Positions 54,011 to 64,000 of a stretch of DNA of 64,000 bases are shown piece after piece; position 1 is the first letter of the stretch; every line of letters begins with the position of its first letter. This stretch comes from Octopus vulgaris. Lineage: Eukaryota. Position numbers and translations under genes: made by a program. The notes beneath the pieces are model-generated. The model worked only from the letters and a program-made list of their open reading frames with translations. It searched no databases and was not told the DNA's origin. The DNA is taken from contig OX597825.1 in NCBI GenBank assembly GCA_951406725.2, forward strand, positions 30,876,001-30,940,000. Direction: 5' to 3'.

Positions 54011-56244
54011 GAGAAAACCCTTTGGTTTTTAACAATGAATTTTCTAACTGTTCAATCAAACTGATCTAGATGCTCATTGTACTGACACATACACACATAT
54101 GGCTGAGTACTCCACAGTTACTTATTGCAAATATCAAACAGAAATCAGCATCACAGAATGTGTAACAAGGCTGGTTTTTGAAATTAGAGGTACAGTCCTG
54201 GCAGCAACACCCATTGTTTCCATCAGCCCTATTTCACCCAGAAGACCTAGGACGACCTGAGTTTAACGTAACCAAACTCATTATAATGTAAATAATTTAC
54301 AGAGCAGTGAGCTGGCAGAATTGTTAGCAAGCCGGGCAAAATGCTTAGCAGTATTTCATCTGCTGTTGCGTTCTGAGTTCAAATTCCGCCAAGGTCGACT
54401 TTGTCTTTCATCCTTTCGAGGTTGATTAAATAAGTACCTGTCAATTAAATAAGTACTGGTACTTATTTAATCGACCCTGAAATCAACTTAATCCCTTTGT
54501 CCGTCCTTGTTTGTCCCCTCTATGTTTAGCCCACTGTGGGCAATAAAGAAATAAATAATTTACAATGATACAATAATGATTTAGCAACAAACATTTATAT
54601 AACAGATATAAGATGTAACATGTAACTGACAGATATATATGTGTGTGTGTGTGTGTATGTGATACTATCACCTTGATATCTTCACAAGACAGTTATCCAT
54701 GATATCATACACTAGGATTGAACCAGGGACCCTCATTGAATGTAAAACAAACTTCTTAACAACTTGACCGTGGTTATGTTCATTTTTTAATACATATATA
54801 TATATGTGTATAAACGGATACATAGGCACACACATACGCACGCACACATATATTTAGAAACATATACATACGCAAACATATGTATCAATGTGTGTGTGTG
54901 TACATTTATACAAACACATATATATTGTGTATGTATGTATGTATGTGTGTGTGTGTGTGTGTGTGAATAGAAACCCATATACATTAGACCTCCCTCCTCA
55001 GCTCTTCTCTCACCTCAAACACTTTGATTTACTTGCAAGTCTGGAGACATTTGTTGTCATGTCTTGTCAATAACCCATTGTACAGATGCACAGAGAATCA
55101 ACGGAGTTCCGCTATACCACACGAGACTAGTTTTTATTACTTGCAAACATGCGATGCTAGGTTTGGTGTGACATTGGTCAAACACAAATCTATGTGCCAT
55201 CCGATACGCTGAAGAAACAAAATCTGATCTGCAAATACAAAACCAGACCACACAAGCTATTATTTCACTTCGCTTGTTGTTATGCTATTATTTGAAGGAG
55301 AATTAATACAAAATTAACGAGCTTTTTAGGTGCCATAATTAGGTGGAGAGGATGCTCTGTTCATTTCAGAAGAGTAGAGGTTTACAAAAGATTGACCATA
55401 GACAAAGGTTGTTAAAACAGGAAAAACTGATAACTCGTTTCAATCTTTAATCAAGGTTGAGTTGAGTGTCATTGTTTTTTTAAAAAAGGTACTCAGTAAT
55501 TTCTAGTTTATTTTTCTTTCTTTCAGTCATTACACTATGGCCATTCTGGGGCAGCATCTGAAGGAATTTCCTTTCCTTTTCGTCGAATTAATCGACCCTA
55601 GTACTTATTTTTTTTAAAGCCTGATACTTATTTTATCAGTCTCATTCGTCAAACCACTAAGTTACAGGAACGTAAACAAACCAGCACCAGTTGTCAAGCA
55701 GTAGTGGGGGGCAAACACAGACACAAAAATACACATACACACACACACAAATGTATATATATGATGTGCTTCTTTCAGTTTCCATTTACCAAATCCACTA
55801 ATAAGACTTTGGTTGGCTTGAGGCTATAGTAAAAGACACTTGCCCAAGGTGCCACACAGCAGGACTGAACCCAAAACCATGTGGTTGGGAAGCAAGCTTC
55901 TTATCACGCAACCATACCTGTGCCCTTGTTTGTTTTGTCTTGACAAATTTAGTTGACTGAAGCCATTTTAGCATCTTCTTTGTATTCTGGGAGACCCTGT
56001 GGCTCAGTGGTACAGTGAAAGGCCTTGGATTTGATCTCCAGAATCCCCAGATTATTTTTAAAGCCACAGGTGTGGCTGTGTGGCAAGACATTTGCTCCTC
56101 AACCACAATACATCTGGGTTCAGTTCCACGGTGTGGTACCTTGGGCAAGTATCTTCTACTATAACCCTGGGCTGTCCAAAGAGACTGAAAGAAGTCCATT
56201 GTATATATATATATATATATATATAAGTCTGTGTATGTATATAT

Positions 56245-56498
56245 ATATCGTTGCTATTATGATAAAGTGTTGTATGTTCAAATTTGGCTAAATGCGTTAT
56301 TTTCAATATGTATTTTTGCTTGCAATAGCCGGTTCTTTTAGTCAAACTATTGTATCTCCAGCTGCTTCAGATGCCAAGATATCAAAAATTGTCAAAGTGT
56401 AGAAAAATGGTTTTGCAATAGAATGGTGAAACTATTTTTTCATTTTCTGAAAAAGTAACGTTTTGGATTTACGACACTTTTACATAATAGCAACGATA

Positions 56499-56499
<1 letters not shown>
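56245..56499. mobile_element. MITE with ~38-bp imperfect TIRs inserted in (TA)n
   Basis: atatcgttgctattatgataaagtgttgtatgttcaaa / ttttggatttacgacacttttacataatagcaacgatat. Confidence 0.8.
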
Positions 56500-56574
<75 letters not shown>

Positions 56575-58199
56575 TTATTATCATATTATCATCATTTAAC
56601 ATTCTCTTCCCAAACTGGCATGGGTTGGACGGTTTGACTGAAAACTAGTAAGCTGGGGAACTGCACCAAGTTCCCATCTGATTTGGCAAGGTTTCTACAG
56701 CTGGATGCCCTTCCTAGCACCAACCACTCTAAGAGTGTAGTGGGTGCCTTTTACATGCCATTAGTACAGGTGTGATTGACATGACACCTGTATTGGCCAT
56801 GACTACAATCTCATTTGGCTTGACACATCAACACAAGCATGGTATATTGCAAAAGGCCTCCGTCACCTGTCATAGCCTCCATGAAGCCCAACACTCAAAT
56901 GGTGCTTTTTACATGCACCAGCATGGGTACCAATCAGACGGCACTGGTATCTGCCACAACTATGATTTCGCATGAATGTATCTGTGTTTGTACTCGCCTA
57001 CTAGTGAACAACAGGTTTTGGTTTGTTTCTGTCCCTATAACTTAGTGGTTTAGCAAAAGAGACCAACAAAATAAACACAGGCTTACATAATAAGTTTTGG
57101 CAAAAAGAATCCAACAGAAGCAGTGCCAAGCTTCTTTTATCAACTCTTGAAAGGATGACAGGCAAAGGTGACTTCAGCAGAAGTTGAGATCAATATATGC
57201 AAAGACAGATGAAATGCTGCTAAGCATTTTGTCCAGTGTACTAATTGTTTCAATAGCTTATCACCTTAACCAAAGTATAGTACAGCAGAAGGCATTTCCT
57301 GCAGGTGTTACACACCGGAATGGAACTCAGAACCACAGAGTATCAAGGTGAATTACTTAATCAAACACCTATGACTGTACTTATTAGATGACACAGATGC
57401 GAGTATCGCAAAATGTTTTCTTTCTCTAAAGACGATATTGATTTCAGTGGATGGGATAAGTCAATTACATTGTCCCCAGACTGCAACTGGTACTTATTTA
57501 ATCGATTCCAAAAGGATGCAATGCAAAGTCAGCCTCAGTGGAATTTGAACTCTGAATGCATTTTGTCCAGTACAGTAATGAGTCTGCCAGCTTCTTACCT
57601 TGTCTCTAAAGATAATATTAATATTCTGAAAATTATAATCTTATTAGCTTATCATTACATTTCGTTTTTATGGTATTGGTTCTTACCATTGCAGATCATC
57701 ACTAGTTTCTTCACATTTAGAGAATCTATTCTTTTTCTTTTTTTCTTTTAATTCAAATGCCTAACTGTCGAGCAGGGCCGGAAGGAAAATTAACAGATAT
57801 ATACTGCCAAGAACACAATACCACAGGCAAATTTAATGATTAAAAATTATCAGCAGTCATGTGACTATGGATAATAATATTTTTGTTTAATACATGAAGT
57901 GCTAAAAATGTGCAAAAAGATTCTAGTTTATTAATGAGATAACAACGGCTGCTTGTTGTTGTTGTTTAGCATCAGCTAAGCCTTGACTGGAACAGATTAT
58001 GGTTGAAGGTCTTCCATAAAGTTGAATCCTTGTTGTAGTGGATTGTGTGTCTCAAAGAATCTGAGATCTATAATCGTGCATACTATTAGAGATATATGAA
58101 AACCAGGGTGATGGTCTATGAGAAAACATGAGAAAACAAAAACAAAGCAAAACACAAAGATGGTTGATGTAAAAAGTGGAACAAGAAGGAAGAAATGAA

Positions 58200-58480
58200 A
58201 AGTAAGAAAACCAGTCTTCTTTCTGACATATTGATAAAAATAATGCCACTAAATTGGGTAGCCATGTATGGCATCTGAAGACTAACAGCACACCACATAC
58301 AATAAAGTGAAGAATCATGAAGAAATCTACAGCATATATAAATGGATCAAAGAGGTGCAAGTTATGCATAGCTGAAAGATCACACATTCTTTTAGGATCC
58401 AAGAATTTCACCACACTACATAATTCCAGACCAGAAATTTTTAGAAAAATCCAACACAAGGACAAGTTTTTTTTTTTTTA
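58200..58480 (+). mobile_element. Penelope-like element remnant (GIY-YIG endonuclease C-terminal region)
   Basis: NQSSF*HIDKNNATKLGSHVWHLKTNSTPHTIK*RIMKKSTAYINGSKRCKLCIAERSHIL...NSRPEIFRKIQHKDKF matches the PLE pattern H..SF......T.LS.H.W.LK......I.W.I......Y.N.SK.C.LC..EK..I...LN.R.E...C.H..KF. Confidence 0.82.
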
Positions 58481-59291
58481 TCAAACCAGAGGACACCAGC
58501 TGCTTTGGTTTGAGTGACTCACAGACTTCAGCCTTCTTTCTGTTATATTCTACACTGGCTCCATGAAATATTTGTACAGAATAAAATGAATGAAGATAAT
58601 GGTCTTCTTACTTTTCTTCTTTTATTTTTTCTCCTTCTACATTTGCCTTAAACTTCTTCATGGTTTTCTTCCAATCTTTTTCTTATATTTTCTCATTTGG
58701 TTTTCAAATACATCTAACGATATGCACTGAGCCTGAAAGCTTGCTTGGAGACAAATGGCATGTTATATAAATCTGTTGAATTACTATATCTCTCTACAAG
58801 AAACTAACAGTAGCTCCTTTTTAAAGTGTGCATATTAAATGATATATATATATATAACACTTACTCTTTTACTTCTTTCAGTCATGTGACAGTGGCAATG
58901 CTGGAGCACCGCCTTTAGTCGAACAAATCGACCCCAGGACGTATTCTTTGTAAGCCTAGTACTTATTCTATCAGTCTCTTTTGCCGAACCGCTAAGTTAC
59001 TGGGACATAAACACACCAGCATCGGTTGCCAAGCGATGTTGAGGGGACAAAAACAGGCACACAAATATATACACACACATACATATATATACATATATAT
59101 ATACATATACACGACGGGCTTTTTTCAGTTTCTGTCTACCAACTCCACTCACAAGGCTTTGGTTGGCCTGAGGCTATAGTAGAAGACGCTTGCCCAAGAA
59201 ATGTGGCGGAGAACTAGCTCAGGAAGGCACAGATGCTACTCCTTGAGACCCATTTCGGAACCTCCCTACCTATATATATATACATATATAT

Positions 59292-59352
<61 letters not shown>

Positions 59353-59449
59353 ACATGAAAGTTTGCGAAAATAAACAAAAGACGAAGGCAGGTGGAGTAC
59401 AAACAAACAAATGTATTAGTATAGCGCTCAAGAATAGAAATAGAAAAAG

Positions 59450-59487
59450 TCTTTTACGTTTCGAGCCTATGCTCTTCGACAGAAAGA
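59450..59487 (-). ncRNA. Minimal type I hammerhead-ribozyme-like motif with non-canonical core
   Basis: Minus: UCUUU-CUGUCGA-A-GAGC auag GCUC-GAAA-C-G-UA-AAAGA; stem I and stem II pair perfectly, but the core has U at the conserved A6. Confidence 0.45.
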
Positions 59488-60299
59488 TACACAGAAAAAA
59501 ACAAGGAGAGAAAAAAATGTGTGTATGAGCTAACAATCTATCATGGCGTCCTAGGCTTCCATTCCATTTCCATCTACCAAATTCCACACAGATGGCATTG
59601 GTCAGCCTGAAGTTATAAGTTGTAGAAACACACTGATATACATGCAGGAAGTTTGAACTCCTGACCTATGAGCCAATAGTCAGTTACACAACGTGAACAT
59701 TCATTTACGTCAATAACCACTGTAGCCATATTTTTACTTCTTTTTTTTCATTGTTTTACATCAAGATTTTTCATGCTTGCATCAGTTAAATAGTTTGTTT
59801 GTTAGAGCAATTGATTTTTTTTTTGTTTGTTTTTACAGCTGGATGCACTTTCCTACTGCTAACCACTCAACTGTGAAGTAGAAATGATGTGTGTTTATTT
59901 TGTTTTTTTTTTTTATTTTTATTTTTACATTATTGGTATTCTTTTCTTTTCCAGATTCATAAACTGGAGCAATTGGTCTTAAATAGCTTGTTCAGCAGCA
60001 CAACACAACGACTGTGATAAGTCAGATATTACAACATTGTGATGAAAAATCCATCACTTTAACCCTCAAAGTGCCATTGGGCTTCTTGAAGAGTCGTTGA
60101 TGTTTTTCTGTATAGATAAGCACAGAATGGTATGGCTCTTACTATACAGATATATATTTAATTACATGGCATAGTCTGCACGAAGCCAGACATCTCTAAG
60201 TGACGTCCTATGATTTAACAGACAAAGGAATTTCTAAACAAATACAAGATATTTAACCAGACAGAAAACATTTTCACACTTTGCTGAAAAATTATACAT

Positions 60300-60342
<43 letters not shown>

Positions 60343-60439
60343 CATATATATTCAGAGATAGGTATATATGTATACACATATGAATGTTTATATATATATC
60401 TATATATACATACACACCTATACATATATTTATGATATA

Positions 60440-60474
<35 letters not shown>

Positions 60475-60506
60475 CACACACACATACATATATTAAATAT
60501 AAACAT

Positions 60507-60555
<49 letters not shown>

Positions 60556-61146
60556 TATATATAAGTAATATTCATAATCGGCAAGAATTCCACTTCCTTA
60601 GAAGTAATCCTGAGTTTGGCAGCAGCATTGGCACCTTGTCAAACACATGTTTTCTGCAGCAAGCCATATGTGGCAAAGAAATTGTCAACTTTCAGACAGC
60701 AAAATAATCCTACACAAGATAAATAATGGAACCAAGCAATACAGAGAAGGGAATTAAAACAAAAGATCTGTGCAAAGAGAAATTAAGTGGCAGATTTGTC
60801 GACACACACACTCACATACACACAGATACACATACTATACATATATATGAATGTATATATGTATACATATATGTATATGAATGGATATACATGTATATAT
60901 GCATAAATGTGTGTATGTATATAAATAAACACATATATACATATTTACACACACACACACACACATATATACCTATATTTACATATATTCACATACGTAC
61001 ACAAACACACACGCACACATATATATATGCATCTGTATACTTGATGGTGTATATGTATATATATGCATATTTCAACATATGAGACAGACAACAGAGACAC
61101 AAGCACACTTGCCTAAACAATAATATAAACATATCCATCTAACTGG

Positions 61147-61207
<61 letters not shown>

Positions 61208-61208
61208 A

Positions 61209-61273
<65 letters not shown>

Positions 61274-63051
61274 GCTAGCTAGCTAGCTATCTATCTATCT
61301 TATCTATCTATCTGTCTGCCTTTTATAAATTATGCATATTTACATATAACTATATACAAATGTGCTGACATAAGTATATGTGTATTTTTATCTCTATCAT
61401 TTTTGTGTGTCTGATAAGTCTTATATGAATGTATGTACGGCAGCATGCGTATGATTGTGTTTGGCTGTGTATAACGACTCACAACAAAGTAAGTTTTGTT
61501 CTTGTATAACTTTGAAGAGATCTTAATAGTTTTCTAGTAGAATGCCTATACACCTACACACATACACACATATAAATACATACATGCATATATCTATGTG
61601 TACATGTGTGTGTGTGTGTGACTGTATGTATCATCGTTCGTTTAACGTCCGTTCTCCATGCTATGTATATATATAAGTATACATGTGTGTGTTCTTATAA
61701 ATATGTGTGTGTATGTGTGAATTGAATATGTGTTTATTAATTTATCTAAATCTTTTTGAAACTGAAAAAAAAAAATATATATATTTATATATGTAGACTG
61801 GCTTGTAATTTTGCAATAAGATTTATATAGCATTGTTTCTAGAACATTTTTCAATGTTTGAATTCCTACACTAGACAATTAAACTTACATATTATTTTAC
61901 AGTTCAATTTAATTTGATATCATTGAATACAAACTAATGAAAAGCGTGGGAGGAAAATAATAGAAAAAGGAAACAAAAGCAACACAAAATAAATGAAATA
62001 TCAGTGAAAGAAAGTCTTTAAAAACTTATGGAACGTTGAAGCAAAGTTATTGTCTGTGTCTGGAGTGTATATCTCTTAGTTTGCCTATCTTAATTTATAT
62101 TCTCTCTACAAAAACTGCTGTTTAAAGAAGGCCTGGAGTTGTAATTAGCAGATACTTTTGCCAAGAATATGACACAAGCAAATTTTGAAAGTACAAGTCT
62201 TCCAATATAAAATCATATAAGACTGAGTGCAGGTATGAGCACATGGTTAAGCAGTTTGCTTTGAAACTACACGGTTCTGAGTTCACTCCCACAGTAAATC
62301 ACCTTCAGGAAATGCTATTTATCATACTTTTGTCTCAACCCAAGCAGTGTTAGTGAAATCAAATTGATGGGGGATTTTTAGGGTATTAATTAGCAAAATT
62401 CAGTGAACATCCAATCAAGGCAAATTTCAATGGCCGTGTCCATCCATTTGTAAATAAGCAGGCAACAAAAGTGGAATAGTTTACCTTTGTAAACATGTGC
62501 AGAAGGAACAATTTAAGGGATTACTTAATCTGTTATGAAATAAATAGCAACCAAATCTCTCTTGAAATGCATCACACCAATGTTTTAAAGAAGTGATATA
62601 TACATTAGTTAAAGAATTCCTTGGAATACGACTAGAAAGGCAGGCTGATCAAAGTTGAAGCACTTCTGATCACAAGTTTGGTTAAGACTTACCAGGGGCT
62701 AAACAATAACTGCAGTGGCTGTGTGGTAAGTAGCTAGCTTACAAACCACATGGTTCCGGGTTCAGTCCCACTGAGTGGCACCTTGGGTAAGTGTTTTCTA
62801 CTATAGCATCAGGCTGACCAAAGCCTTGTGAGTGGATTTGGTAGACGGAAGCTGAAAGAAGCCCGTCGTATATATATATAGCAAAATTTAGCAAAAATAA
62901 TCCATATTTTTATTGCTTTTTCTTTTGTCTTGCTCGATTATGTTTTGGTTGTTTTGCTAAATTTTTGTTGAGAACATTTCTTAGTGGTAAGACCATAGTG
63001 GATCTATTTCTAGCATAAGGGTGTCCACATAGTGGTTTCCCTTTAATATGT

Positions 63052-63098
<47 letters not shown>

Positions 63099-63247
63099 TC
63101 CAATTAGAAGTTAAATAAGTCTTATTAAGGGATAATAATATCCAATGAATTTACTGGTTTATTACCTATTATTTGTTTTGAATGTAAGTTTTAATACTCA
63201 AAAATAGGTAATTAAATAATCTGTGGTTTATATTTATTTAAGAAAAA

Positions 63248-63628
63248 TAAGAAAGTAGAGATAAATAATTCAATAATTATATTTATTAATTACAAAAATA
63301 GTCATACTCCCTGACAGCTGTTTCGATTCAGACTTTAAAAATTTAATAAAAAATAATTAAATCATTATACTTTCTTTCCCCACTTTATAAGGCCTATACC
63401 AAATTTTTCTATGAAACAATACTCAGTTAGCTGAAATGCTTTGTACACTTAATACATAAAAACATAAAAATGCAATAGTATATCTTTTTATATTTCTGAC
63501 GAGATTCAATTTTATGATTTAATTATATTGATTAAATTTTTAAAGTCTGAATCAAAACAGCTGTCAGGGATTATGTCTGTTTTTTGTAATTAAATATAAT
63601 TATTAATTCATTTATCTCTATTTTCTTT
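63248..63628. repeat. ~115-bp inverted repeat (63248-63365 / 63514-63628) of Penelope-LTR-like sequence carrying hammerhead remnants
   Basis: tccctgacagctgtttcgattcagactttaaaaatttaat vs attaaatttttaaagtctgaatcaaaacagctgtcaggga; CTGACGA at 63496-63502. Confidence 0.75.
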
Positions 63629-63636
63629 TATATATA

Positions 63637-63733
<97 letters not shown>

Positions 63734-63751
63734 TATATATATACACATATA

Positions 63752-64000
63752 TGAGGGCATGTCAAAAATTATCCACACTTTCACCATAACATATCTTTAT
63801 CATTGTCACGCTGTCTTCAGCACAGGTGGGCTTATAGTTGGTACTATTGTGGTCAGATGATCAAAATTTGAGCCTGATCATGCCATTTTTCTTTCTGGCT
63901 TCACAGTGTAAGGATGGCTGCTTCACTAGCAATGTGCACCAAAGAAGAACAAAGAGCAGTGATCCGATTTCTCTGGTTGGAAGGTATGTCAGGTGCTGAA
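63752..64000 (+). mobile_element. 5' end of a mariner transposon (TIR plus transposase N-terminus, runs off window)
   Basis: TA|tgagggcatgtcaaaaattatcc resembles a mariner TIR (TA|CGAGGG...); ORF from 63914 MAASLAMCTKEEQRAVIRFLWLEGMSGAE matches the mariner N-terminal HTH region. Confidence 0.88.

Overview
AT-rich, microsatellite-dense eukaryotic genomic DNA. The SINE/LINE families look like those of Octopus (coleoid cephalopod); this assignment is inferred from recalled repeat sequences, not from a database search. The only protein-coding gene I recognise is the terminal coding exon of DPH5 (diphthine methyl ester synthase; minus strand, 19468-19694). I found no upstream DPH5 exons in the remaining ~44 kb, so most of the window is probably one large intron. 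The rest is repeat debris: three tRNA-derived SINE groups (dozens of copies, some with TSDs), RTE-clade LINE remnants, R4/Dong-like REL-endonuclease retrotransposons whose truncated copies sit in (TAA)n tracts, a Penelope-like GIY-YIG remnant, Tc1/mariner and piggyBac-type DNA elements, foldback MITEs, and hammerhead-ribozyme-like motifs. Nearly all ORFs in the supplied track are translations of (TA)n/(CA)n/(TAA)n repeats or SINEs. I found no convincing novel multi-gene system. The best leads are a non-canonical hammerhead-like motif family, microsatellite-targeted retrotransposition, and unannotated candidate exons. Repeat boundaries are approximate unless a TSD or TIR is quoted.
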